This document shows, piece after piece, positions 43,001 through 57,250 of a DNA stretch of 64,000 nt; the stretch's first letter is position 1, and each line of letters starts with the position of its first letter. The stretch lies in NCBI RefSeq assembly GCF_009914755.1, contig NC_060933.1; one strand, written 5' to 3'. A model generated the notes under the pieces. That model worked only from the letters and a program-made list of their open reading frames with translations. It had not been told where the DNA came from and did no database searches. The position numbers and the translations under genes are program-made. This stretch comes from the human T2T-CHM13v2.0 reference genome, Homo sapiens.

Positions 43001-46000
43001 TGCACTCGGTTGGATTCCATTCTATTCCATTCCATTCCATTCCATTCCATTCTATTCGGGTTAATTTCATTCCATTCCATTCCATTCCCTTCCATTCCAT
43101 TGCATTCCATTCCATTGAAATCGAGTTGATTCCATTCCATTCCATTCCATTCCATTCCATTCCATTCCATTCTATTCGGGTTAATTCCATTCCATTCCAT
43201 TCCATTCCATTCCCTTCCATTCCATTCCATTCCATTCCATTCCACTCCATTCCATTCCATTCTATTAGGGTTAATTCCATTCCATTCCATTCCATTCCAT
43301 TCCATTCCATTATATTCCATTCCACTCCATTCCATGCCATTCCACTCGGGTTTATTCCATTCCTTTCCATTCCATTCGGGTTGAATCCATTCCATTCCAT
43401 TCCATTCCATTCCATTCCATTCCATTCCATTCCATTCCATTTCGTTCCATCCCATTCTATTCCATACCATTCCATTCCATTCCATTCCATTCCATTCCAT
43501 TCCATTCCACTCCATTCCATGCCATTCCACTCGGGTTTATTGCATACCTTTCCATTCCATTCGGGTTGAATCCATTCCATTCCATTCCATTCCATTCGAT
43601 TCCATTACATTGCACTCGGGGTGATTCCATTCCATTCCATTCCATTACATTTCATTCCATTCCACTCCATTCCATGCCATTCCACACGGGTTTATTCCAT
43701 TCCTTTCCATTCCATTCGTGTTGAATCCATTCCATTCCATTCCATTCCATTCGATTCCATTACACTGCACACGGGTTGATTCAATTCCATTCCATTCCAT
43801 TCCATTCCATTCCATTCCATTCCATTCCATTCCATTCTATTCCATTCCATTGCACACGGGTTCATTCCATTCCATTCCATTCTATTCCATTCCATTCCAT
43901 TCCATTCCGTTCTATTCCATTCCATTCCATTCTGTTCAGGTTAATTCCATTCCATTCCTTTCCCTTACATTCCATTCCATTCCATTCCATTGCAATCGAG
44001 TTGATTCCATTGCATTCCATTCCATTACATTCCATTGCATTCCATTCCATTCCATTCCCCTGCACTCAGGTTGATTCCATTCGATTCCATTCCATTCCAT
44101 TCCGTTCCATTCGATTCCATTCCATTCTATTCGCTTTAATTGCATTCCATTCCATTCCATTGCTTTCCATTGCAATCGAGTTGATTCCATTCCTGTCCGT
44201 TCCATTCCATACCATTCCATTCCATTTCGTTCCATTCCATTCTATTCCGTACCATTCCATTCCATTCCATTCCATTCCATTCCATTCCGTTCCATTCCAT
44301 TCCATGCCATTCCACTCGGGTTGATTCCATTGCTTTCCATTCCATTTGGGTTGAATCCATTCCATTCCATTCCATTCCATTCCATTCCATTGCATTCCAT
44401 TCCATTGCACTAGGTTTGATTCCATTCCACTGCATTCCATTCCATTCCATTCCATTCCGTTCCATTCCATTCCATTACATTCGGATTGATTGTATTCAAT
44501 TCCCTTACACTCCATTTCATTCCATTCCATTCTGGTTGTTTCCATACCATTCCATTCCATTCTAATCCATTTCGTTCCATTCCATTCTATTCGGTACCAT
44601 TCCATTCCATTCCTTTCCATTCCATGCCATTCCACTTGGGTTGATTCCCTTCCTTTCCATTCCATTCGGGTTGATTCCATTCCATTCCATTCCATTCCAT
44701 TCCATTCCATTCCATTCCTTTCCATTCCATTGCACACGGGTTGATTCCATTCCATTCCTTTCTGTTCCATTCCGGATGACTCCATTCCATTGCATTCCAT
44801 TCCATTCCATTCCCCTGCACTCGGGTTCATTACATTCCATTCCTTTTACTTCCATTCCATTCCATTCCATTCAATTCCATTCTATTCGGGTTAATTCCAT
44901 TCCATTCCATTCCATTCCATTCCATTCCATTCCATTCCATTGCAATCCAGTTGATTCCATTCCATTCCATTCAATTCCGGATGATTCCATTCCATTGCCT
45001 TCAATTCCATTCCATTCCCCTGCACTCGGGTTGATTCCATTCCATTCCATTCCATTCCATTCCATTCCATTCCATTCCATTCCATTTCATTCCATTCCAT
45101 TTCGTTCCATTCCATTCTATTCCGTTCCATTCCATTCCATTACATTACATTGCATTCCATTCCATTCCATTCCTTTCCATTCTATTCGGGTTAATTCCAT
45201 TCCATTCCATTCCATTCCATTCCATTCCGTTCCATTCAATTCCATTACATTCGGATTGATTCTTTTTAATTCCCTTACACTCCATTACATTCTATTCCAT
45301 TCGGATAGTTTCCATACCATTCCATTCCATTCCACTGCATTCTATTGCACTCGGGTTGATTGATTCCATTCCATTGCATTCCATTCCATTCCATTCCATT
45401 CCGGATGATTCCATTCCATTTCATTCCTTTGCATTCCATTCCCCTGTACTCGGGTTGATCCCATTCCATTGCATTCCATTCCATTCCATTCCATTCCATT
45501 CCATTCCATTCCATTCCGTTCCGTTCCATTCCATTCCCTTCCATTCTGTTCAGGTTAATTCCATTCCATTCCATTCCCTTCCATTCCATTCCATTCCATT
45601 CCAATCCATTCCATGCCATTCCACTCGGTTTGATTCCATTCCTTTCCATTCCATTCGAGTTGAACCCATTCCATTCCATTCCATTCCATTGCATTCCACT
45701 CGGGTTGATTCCATTCCTTTCCATTCCATTCGGGTTGAAACCATTCCATTCCATTCCATTCCTTTCGATTCCATTCCATTTCACTCGGGTTGATCCCTTT
45801 CCATTGCATTCCATTCCATTCCATTGCATTAAATTCTGTTCCATTCCGTTCCATTACATTCGTATTGATTCTATTCAATTCCCTTACTCTCCATTACATT
45901 CCATTCCATTCGGGTTGTTTCCATTCCATTCCATTCCATTCCACTCCATTCCATTGCAGTCGGGTTGATTCCATTCCATTCCATTGCATTCCATTCCATT

Positions 46001-47149
46001 CCATTCCATTCCATTCCGTATGATTCCATTCCATTGCATTCCATTCCATTCCATTCCCCTGCACTCGGGTGGATTCCATTCTATTCCATTCCATTCCATT
46101 CCATTCCATTCCATTCCATTCCACTCCATTCTATTCGGGTTAATTTCATTCCATTCCATTCCATTCCCTTCCATTGCATTCCATTCCATTCCATTCCATT
46201 CCATTCCATTGAAATCGAGTTGATTCCATTCCATTCCATTCCATTCCATTCCATTCCATTCCATTCCATTCTATTCGGGTTAATTCCATTCCATTCCATT
46301 CCATTCCATTCCATTCCCTTCCATTCCATTCTATTCCATTCCATTCCATTCCATTCCATTAGGGTTAATTCCATTCCATTCCATTCCATTCCATTCCATT
46401 CCATTCCATTCCATTGCAATCGAGTTGATTCCATTCCATTCCATTCCATTCCATTCCATTCCATTCAATTCCATTGAACTCGGGTTGATTCCATTCCATT
46501 CCATGCAATTCCATTTCATTCCATTCCATTCCATTCCATTCCATTCCATTCCATTCCATTCCTTTCCGTTCCATTCCATTACATTCGGATTGATTCTGTT
46601 CAATTCCCGTACACTCCATTACATTCTATTCCATTCGTGTTGTTTCCATTCTATTCCATTCCATTCCACTCCATTCCATTGCACTCTGGTTGATTCCATT
46701 CCATTCCCTTCCATTCTGTATGACTCCATTCCATTTCATTCCATTCCATTGCGTTCCCCTGCACTCGAGTTGATTACATTCCATTCCATTCCCTTCCTTT
46801 CCGTTCCATTCCATTCTATTCGGGTTAATTCCATTCCATTCCATTCCATTCCATTCGATTCTATTCGGGTTAATTCCATTCCATTCCATTCCATTCCATT
46901 CCATTCCATTCCATTCCATTGCAATCGAGTTGATTCCATTCCATTCCATTGCATTGCATTCCATTCCATTCCGGTTGATTCCATTCCATTGCCTTCCATT
47001 CCATTCCATTACCATGCACTCGGGTTGTTTCCATTCCATTCCATTCCATTCCATTCCATTCCATTCCATTTCGTTCCATTCGATTCTATTCCGTACCATT
47101 CAATTCCATTCCATTCCATGCCATTCCATTCCATTCCAGTCCATGCCAT

Positions 47150-50100
47150 TCCACTCGGGTTGATTTCATTCCTTTCCATTCCATTCGAGTTGTATCCTTT
47201 CCATTCCATTCCATTCCATTCGATTCCATTCCATTGCACACGGGTTCATTCCATTCCATTCCATTCCATTCCATTCCATTCCGTTCCGTTCCGTTCCATT
47301 CCATTCCATTCCATTCCATTTCGTTCCATTCCATTCTATTCCGTACCATTCCATTCCATTCCATTCCATTCCATTCCATTCCAGTCCATTCCTTGCCATT
47401 CCACTCGGGTTGATTCCATTCCTTTCCATTCCATTTGGGTTGAATCCATTCCATTCCATTCCATTCCATTCGATTCCATTACATTACACTCGTGTTGATT
47501 CCATTCCATTCCATTCCATTCCATTCCGTTCCATTCCATTCCATTCCATTCCATTCCATACCATTCCATTCCATTCCATTCCATGCCATTCCACTCGGGT
47601 TGATTCCATTCCTTTCCATTCCTTTCGAGTAGAACCCATTCCATTCCATTCCATTCCATTCCATTCCATTGCACACGGGTTCATTCCATTCCATTACATT
47701 CCATTCCATTTCATTCCATTCCATTCCATTCCATTCCATTCCATTCCATGCCATTCCACTCGGGTTAATTCCATTCCTTTCCATTCCATTCGGGTTCAAT
47801 CCATTCCATTCCCTTCCATTCCATTCGATTTCATTCCATTGCACTCGGGTTAATTCCATTCCATTCCATGCCATTCCATTTCATTCCATTCCATTCCATT
47901 CCATTCCATTCCATTCCATTCTATTCCGTTCCATTACATTCAATTACATTCGTATTGATTCTTTTTAATTTCCTTACACTCCATTACATTCCATTCCATT
48001 CGGGTACTTTCTATTCCATTCCATTCCATTCCACTGCATTCTATTGCACTCGGGTTGATTGATTCCATTCCATTGCATTCCATTCCATTCCATTCCCCTG
48101 AACTCGGGTAGATTCCATTCCATTCCATTCCATTCCATTCCGTTCCATTCCATTCCATTCCATTCTGTTCAGGTTAATTCCATTCCATTCCATTCCCTTC
48201 CATTCCATTCCATTCTATTCCATTCCATTCCATTCCATTCCCCTGCACTCAGTTTGATTCCATTCCATTCCATTCCATTCCATTCCATTCCATTCCGTTC
48301 CATTCCATTCCAATCCATTCTATTCGCATTAATTCCATTCCATTCCATTCCATTACATTCCATTGCAATCGAGTTGATTCCATTCCATTCCATTCCATTC
48401 CATTCAAGTCCTTTCCATTCCATTCCACTCGTGTTGATTCCATTTTATTAGTTTCCATTCCATTCCATTCCCTTCCATTCCACTCTGGTTGATTCCATTC
48501 CTTTCCATTCTACTCGAATGCATTCCCTTCTATTCCACTCGGATTGATTCCATTCCATTCCGTTCCATTCCATTCCATTTCGTTCCATTCCATTCTATTC
48601 CATTCCATTCCATTCCATTCGTTTCCATTCCATTCCATTCCATTCCATTCCATTCCATTCCATTCCATTTCTTTCCATTCCATTCTATTCCATACCATTC
48701 CATTCCATTCCGTTCCATGCCATTCCACTCGGGTTGATTTCATTCCTTTCCATTCCATTCGAGTTGTATCCTTTCCATTCCATTCCATTCCATTCGATTC
48801 CATTCCATTGCACACGGGTTCATTCCATTCCATTCCATTCCATTCCATTCCATTCCATTCCGTTCCGTTCCATTCCATTCCATTCCATTCCATTTCGTTC
48901 CATTCCATTCTATTCCGTACCATTCCATTCCATTCCATTCCATTCCATTCCAGTCCATTCCTTGCCATTCCACTCGGGTTGATTCCATTCCTTTCCATTC
49001 CATTTGGGTTGAATCCATTCCATTCCATTCCATTCCATTCGATTCCATTACATTACACTCGTGTTGATTCCATTCCATTCCATTCCATTCCATTCCATTC
49101 CATTCCATTCCATACCATTCCATTCCATTCCATTCCATGCCATTCCACTCGGGTTGATTCCATTCCTTTCCATTCCTTTCGAGTAGAACCCATTCCATTC
49201 CATTCCATTCCATTCCATTCCATTGCACACGGGTTCATTCCATTCCATTACATTCCATTCCATTTCATTCCATTCCATTCCATTCCATTCCATTCCATTC
49301 CATTCCATGCCATTCCACTCGGGTTTATTCCATTCCTTTCCATTCCATTCGGGTTCAATCCATTCCATTCCCTTCCATTCCATTCGATTTCATTCCATTG
49401 CACTCGGGTTAATTCCATTCCATTCCATGCCATTACATTTCATTCCATTCCATTCCATTCCATTCCATTCCATTCCATTCCATTCCATTCTATTCCGTTC
49501 CATTCCATTCAATTACATTCGTATTGATTCTTTTTAATTTCCTTACACTCCATTACATTCCATTCCATTCGGGTACTTTCTATTCCATTCCATTCCATTC
49601 CACTGCATTCTATTGCACTCGGGTTGATTGATTCCATTCCATTGCATTCCATTCCATTCCATTCCCCTGAACTCGGGTAGATTCCATTCCATTCCATTCC
49701 ATTCCATTCCGTTCCATTCCATTCCATTCCATTCTGTTCAGGTTAATTCCATTCCATTCCATTCCCTTCCATTCCATTCCATTCTATTCCATTCCATTCC
49801 ATTCCATTCCCCTGCACTCAGTTTGATTCCATTCCATTCCATTCCATTCCATTCCATTCCATTCCGTTCCATTCCATTCCAATCCATTCTATTCGCATTA
49901 ATTCCATTCCATTCCATTCCATTACATTCCATTGCAATCGAGTTGATTCCATTCCATTCCATTCCATTCCATTCAAGTCCTTTCCATTCCATTCCACTCG
50001 TGTTGATTCCATTTTATTAGTTTCCATTCCATTCCATTCCCTTCCATTCCACTCTGGTTGATTCCATTCCTTTCCATTCTACTCGAATGCATTCCCTTCT

Positions 50101-50290
50101 ATTCCACTCGGATTGATTCCATTCCATTCCGTTCCATTCCATTCCATTTCGTTCCATTCCATTCTATTCCATTCCATTCCATTCCATTCGTTTCCATTCC
50201 ATTCCATTCCATTCCATTCCATTCCATTCCATTTCTTTCCATTCCATTCTATTCCATACCATTCCATTCCATTCCGTTCCATGCCATTCC
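47150..50290 (+). repeat. Direct tandem duplication, unit ~1.57 kb (2 copies)
   Basis: GAGTTGTATCC 47187/48761; GAGTAGAACC 47627/49181; CATTTTATTAG 48441/50010. Identical ORF translations are offset by exactly 1569 nt (47940/49509, 48059/49628, 48169/49738). Confidence 0.92.
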
Positions 50291-53200
50291 ACTCGGGTTG
50301 ATTCCACTGCTTTCCATTCCATTTGGGTTGAATCCATTCCATTCCATTCCATTCCATTCCATTCCATTCCATTCCATTGCATTCCATTCCATTGCACTAG
50401 GTTTGATTCCATTCCACTGCATTCCATTCCATTCCATTCCATTCCGTTCCATTCCGTTCCATTACATTCGTATTGATTGTATTCAATTCCCTTACACTCC
50501 ATTACATTCCATTCCATTCGGGTTGTTTCCATTCCATTCCATTCCATTCCACTCCATTCCATTGCAGTCGGGTTGATTCCATTGCATTCCATTCCATGCC
50601 CTTCCATTCCACTTCGTTCCATTCCATTCTATTCCATACCATTCCATTCCATTCCATTCCATTCCATTCCATTCCATTCCATGCCATTCCACTCGGGTTG
50701 ATTCCATTCCATTCCATTCCATTCGGGTTGAAACCATTCCATTCCATTCAATTCCATTCCATTCCGGATGATTGCATTCCATTGCCTTCCATTCAATTGC
50801 ATTCCCCTGCACCCGGGTTGATTCCATTCAAATCCATTCCATTCCATTCCGTTCCATTCCATTCCATACCATTCCATTCCATTCCATTCTATTCGGGTTA
50901 ATTCCATTCCATTCCATTCCATTCCATTCAATTTCATTGCAATCGGGTTGATTCCATTCCATTCCATTCCATTGCATTCCATTCCATTCCATTCCATTCC
51001 ATTCCATTCCATTCCATTCCATTCCACTCGGGTTGATTGCATTCCTTTCCATTCCATTCGGGGTGAAGCCTTTCCATTCCATTCCATTCCTTTCGATTCC
51101 ATTCCAATGCACTCGGGTTGATACCATTCCATTTCATTTCATTCCATTCCATTGCATTGCATTCCATTCCATTCCATTCCATTCCATTCCATTCAATTCC
51201 ATTACATTCGGATTGATTCTATTCAATTCACTTACACTCCATCACATTCCATTCCATTCGGGTTGTTTCCATTCCATTCCATTCAATTCCATTCCATTCC
51301 ATTCCGTATGATTCCATTCCATTGCATTCTATTCCATTCCATTCCCCTGCACTCGGGTGGATTCCATTCTATTCCATTCCATTCCATTCCATTCCATTCC
51401 ATTCCATTCCATTGAAATCGAGTTGATTCCATTCCATTCCATTCCATTCCATTCCATTCCATTCCATTCCATTCCATTCTATTTGGGTTAATTCCATTCC
51501 ATTCCATTCCATTCCATTCTCTTCCATTCCATTCCATTCCATTCCATTCTATTAGGGTTAATTCCATTCCATTCCATTGCATTCCATTCCATTCCATTCC
51601 ATTCCATTCCATTGAAATCGAGTTGATTCCATTCCATTCCGTTCCATTCCATTCCATTCCATTCCATTCCATTCCATTCCATTCCAGATGATTCCATTCC
51701 ACTGCATTCCATTCCATTAAATTCCCCTGCACTTGGGGTGATTCCTTTCCATTCTATTCCATTCCATTCCTTTCCATTCCATTCAATTCCATTCTATTCG
51801 GGTTAATTGCATTCCATTCCATTCCATTCCATTCAATTCCATTCCATTGCAATCGAGTTGATTCCATTGCATTCCATTCCATTCCATTCCAGTCCTTTCC
51901 ATTCCATTCCACTCGGGTTGATTCCATTCTATTCCTTTCCATTCCATTGCATTCCATTCCATTCCACTCTGGTTGATTCCATTCCTTTTCATTCCACTCG
52001 AAAACATTCCCTTCTATTCCACTCGGAATGATTCCATTCCATTCCATTTCGTTCCTTTCCATTCTATTCCGTACCATTCCATTCCATTCCATTCCATTTC
52101 ATTCCATGCCATTCCACTCGCGTTGATTGCATTCCTTTCCATTCCGTTCGAGTTAAATCCATTCCAATCCATTCCATTCCATTCGATTCCATTCCATTGC
52201 ACAAGTGCTCATTGCATTCCATTCCATTCTATTCCATTCCATTCCATTCCATTTCGTTCCATCCCATTCTATTCCGTAACATTCCATTCCATTCCATTCC
52301 ATTCCATTCCACTCCATTCCATGCCATTCCACTCGGGTTTATTCCATTCCTTTCCATTCCATTCGGGTTGAATCCATTCCATTCCATTCCATTCCATTCC
52401 ATTCCATTACATTGCACTCGGGTTGATTCCATTCCATTCCATTCCATTACATTTCATTCCATTCCACTCCATTCCATGCCATTCCACACGGGTTTATTCC
52501 ATTCCTTTCCATTGCATTCGTGTTGAATCCATTCCATTCCATTCCATTCCATTCGATTCCATTACACTGCACTCGGGTTGATTCAATTCCATTCCATTCC
52601 ATTACATTTCATTCCATTCCATTGCATTCCATTCCATTCCATTCCATTCCATTCCATTCCATTGCACACGGGTTCATTCCATTCCATTCCATTCCATTCC
52701 ATTCCATTCCATTCCGTTCCATTCCATTCCATTCCATTCTGTTCAGGTTAATTCCATTCCATTCCTTTCCCTTCCTTTCCATTCCATTCCATTCCATTGC
52801 AATCGAGTTGATTCCATTGCATTCCATTCCGTTACATTCCATTGCATTCCATTCCATTCCATTACCCTGCACTCAGGTTGATTCCATTCGATTCCATTCC
52901 ATTCCATTCCATTCCATTCCGTTCCATTCCATTCCATTCCATTCTATTCGCTTTAATTGCATTCCATTACATTCCATTGCTTTCCATTGCAATCGAGTTG
53001 ATTCCATTCCTTTCCGTTCCATTCCATACCATTCCATTCCATTTCGTTCCATTCCATTCTATTCCGTACCATTCCATTCCATTCCATTCCATTCCATTCC
53101 ATTCCGTTCCATTCCATTCCATGCCATTCCACTCGGGTTGATTCCATTGCTTTCCATTCCATTTTGGTTGAATCCATTCCATTCCATTCCATTCCATTCC

Positions 53201-56200
53201 ATTCCATTCCATTCCATTCCATTGCACTAGGTTTGATTCCATTGCACTGCATTCCATTCCATTCCATTCCATTCCGTTCCATTCCATTCCATTACATTCG
53301 GATTGACTGTATTCAATTCCCTTACACTCCATTTCATTCCATTCCATTCGGGTTGTTTCCATACCATTCCATTCCATTCTATTCCATTTCGTTCCATTCC
53401 ATTCTATTTGGTACCATTCCATTCCATTCCATTCCATTCCATTCCATTCCATGCCATTCCACTTGGGTTGATTCCCTTCCTTTCCATTCCATTCGGGTTG
53501 ATTCCATTCCATTCCATTCCATTCCATTCCATTCCATTCCATTCCTTTCCATTCCATTGCAGACGGGTTGATTCCATTCCATTCCTTTCTGTTCCATTCC
53601 GGATGACTCCATTCCATTGCATTCCATTCCATTCCATTCCCCTGCACTCGGGTTCATTACATTCCATTCCTTTTACTTCCATTCCATTCCATTCCATTCA
53701 ATTCCATTCTATTCGGGTTAATTCCATTCCATTCCATTCCATTCCATTCCATTCCATTCCATTCCATTCCATTCCATTGCAATCCAGTTGATTCCATTCC
53801 ATTCCATTCAATTCCGGATGATTCCATTCCATTGCCTTCAATTCCATTCCATTCCCCTGCACTCGGGTTGATTCCATTCCATTCCATTCCATTCCATTCC
53901 ATTCCATTCCATTTCATTCCATTCCATTTCGTTCCGTTCCATTCTATTCCATTCCATTCCATTCCATTCCATTCCATTCCATTCCATTCCATTCCATTCT
54001 TTTCCATTCTATTCGGGTTAATTCCATTCCATTCCATTCCATTCCATTCCATTCCATTCCATTCCGTTCGATTCAATTCCATTACATTCGGATTGATTCT
54101 TTTTAATTCCCTTACACTCCATTACATTCTATTCCATTCGGGTAGTTTCCATACCATTCCATTCCATTCCACTGCATTCTATTGCACTCGGGTAGATTGA
54201 TTCCATTCCATTGCATTCCATTCCATTCCAATCCATTCCGGATGATTCCATTCCATTGCATTCCATTGCATTCCATTCCCCTGTACTGGGGTTGATCCCA
54301 TTCCATTGCATTCCATTCCATTCCATTCCATTCCATTCCATTCCGTTCCGTTCCATTCCATTCCCTTCCATTCTGTTCAGGTTAATTCCATTCCATTCCA
54401 TTCCCTTCCATTCCATTCCATTCCATTCCATTCCATTGCATTCCACTCGGGTTGATTCCATTCCTTTCCATTCCATTCGGGTTGAAACCATTCCATTCCA
54501 TTCCATTCCTTTCGATTCCATTCCATTTCACTCGGGTTGATCCCATTCCATTGCATTCCATTCCATTCCATTGCATTCCATTCCGTTCCATTCCATTCCA
54601 TTACATTCGTATTGATTCTATTCAATTCCCTTACTCTCCATTCCATTCCATTCCATTCGGGTTGTTTCCATTCCATTCCATTCCATTCCACTCCATTCCA
54701 TTGCAGTCGGGTTGATTCCATTCCATTCCATTGCATTCCATTCCATTCCATTCCATTCCGTATGATTCCATTCCATTGCATTCCTTTCCATTCCATTCCC
54801 CTGCACTCGGGTGGATTCCATTCTATTCCATTCCATTCCATTCCATGCCATTCCATTCCATTCCATTCCATTCTACTCGGGTTAATTTGATTCCATTCCA
54901 TTCCATTCCCTTCCATTGCATTCCATTCCATTCCTTTCCATTCCACTCCATTGAAATCGAATTGATTCCATTCCATTCCATTCCATTCCATTCCATTCCA
55001 TTCCATTCTATTAGGGTTAATTCCATTCCATTCCATTCCATTCCATTCCCTTCCATTCCATTCTATTCCATTCCACTCCATTCCATTAGGGTTAATTCCA
55101 TTCCATTCCATTCCATTCCATTCCATTCCATTCCATTCCATTCCATTCCATTCCATTGCCATCGAGTTGATTCCATTCCATTCCATTCCATTCCATTCCA
55201 TTCAATTCCATTGAAATCGGGTTGATTCCATTCCATTCCATGCCATTCCATTTCATTCCATTCCATTCCATTCCATTCCATTCCATTCCATTCCATTCCA
55301 TTCCATTCCTTTCCGTTCCATTCCATTACATTCGGATTGATTCTATTCAATTCCCTTACACTCCATTACATTCTATTCCATTCGTGTTGTTTCCATTCTA
55401 TTCCATTCCATTCCACTCCCTTCCATTGCACTCTGGTTGATTCCATTCCATTCCCTTCCATTCCGTATGACTCCATTCCATTTCATTCCATTCCATTGCA
55501 TTCCCCTGCACTCGAGTTGATTACATTCCATTCCATTCCCTTCCTTTCCGTTCCATTCCATTCTATTGGGGTTAATTCCATTCCATTCCATTACATTCCA
55601 TTCCCTTCCATTCCATTCCATTCCATTCCATTCCATTCCATTCTATTCCATTACATTCGATTCTATTCGGGTTAATTCCATTCCATTCCATTCCATTCCA
55701 TTCCATTCCTTTGCAATCGAGTTGATTCCATTCCATTCCATTCCATTCCATTCCATTCCATTCCATTCCATTTCGTTCCATTCGATTCTATTCCGTACCA
55801 TTCAATTCCATTCCATTCCATGCCATTCCATTCCATTCCAGTTCTTGCCATTCCACTCGGGTTGATTTCATTCCTTTCCATTCCATTCGAGTTGTATCCT
55901 TTCCATTCCATTCCATTCCATTCGATTCCATTCCATTGCACACGGGTTCATTCCATTCCATTCCATTCCATTCCATTCCACTCCATTCCATTCCATTTCG
56001 TTCCATTCCATTCTATTCCGTACCATTCCATTCCATTCCATTCCATTCCAGTCCATTCCATGCCATTCCACTCGGGTTGATTCCATTCCTTTCCATTCCA
56101 TTTGGGTTGAATCCATTCCATTCTATTCCATTCCATTCGATTCCATTACATTACACTCGGGTTGATTCCATTCCATTCCATTCCATTCCGTTTCATTCCA

Positions 56201-57010
56201 TTCCATTCCATTCCATTCCATTCCATTCCATTCCATTCCATTCCATACCATTCCATTCCATTCCATTCCATGCCATTCCACTCGGGTTGATTCCATTCCT
56301 TTCCATTCCTTTCGAGTTGAACCCATTCCATTCCATTCCATTCCATTCCATTCCATTGCACACGGGTTCATTCCATTCCATTACATTCCATTCCATTTCC
56401 TTCTTTTCCATTCTATTGCTTACCATTCCATTCCATTCCATTACATTCCATGCCATTCCACTCGGGTTTATTCCATTCCTTTCCATTCCATTCGAGTTCA
56501 GTCCATTCCATTCCCTTCCATTCCATTCGATTCCATTCCATTGCACTCGGGTTGATTCCATTCCATTCCATGCCATTCCATTTCATTCCATTCCATTCCA
56601 TTCCATTCCATTCTATTCCGTTCCATTCCATTCAATTACATTCGTATTGATTCTTTTTAATTTCCTTACACTCCATTACATTCCATTCCATTCGGGTACT
56701 TTCCATTCCATTCCATTCCATTCCGCTGCATTCTATTGCACTCGGTTTGATTGATTCCATTCCATTGCATTCCATTCCATTCCATTCCCCTGAACTCGGG
56801 TGGATTCCATTCCATTCCATTCCATTCCATTCCGTTCCATTCCATTCCATTCCATTCTGTTCAGGTTAATTCCATTCCATTCCATTCCCTTCCATTCCAT
56901 TCCATTCTATTCCATTCCATTCCATTCCATTCCCCTGCACTCAGTTTGATTCCATTCCATTCCATTCCATTCCGTTCCATTCCATTCCAATCCATTCTAT
57001 TCACATTAAT

Positions 57011-57250
57011 TCCATTCCATTCCATTCCATTACATTCCATTGCAATCGAGTTGATTCCATTCCATTCCATTCCATTCCATTCAAGTCCTTTCCATTCCAT
57101 TCCACTCGTGTTGATTCCATTTTATTAGTTTCCATTCCATTCCATTCCATTACATTCCATTGCAATCGAGTTGATTCCATTCCATTCCATTCCATTCCAT
57201 TCAAGTCCTTTCCATTCCATTCCACTCGTGTTGATTCCATTTTATTAGTT
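57011..57250 (+). repeat. Exact 120 bp tandem duplication
   Basis: 57011-57130 equals 57131-57250. Lines 57061 and 57181 are identical, and both copies end in TTTATTAGTT. Confidence 0.95.

Noticed and set aside
19751-55095. TTAGGG hexamers (e.g. 19751, 29848, 32128, 55086)
   Set aside because: These are isolated single copies arising from a TTCGGG>TTAGGG substitution, not telomeric arrays.
25423-56760. TGATTGAT (PBX-HOX-like) motif at about eight sites
   Set aside because: It is explained by a 4 bp GATT duplication copied with its module. The motif is short and has no independent support.
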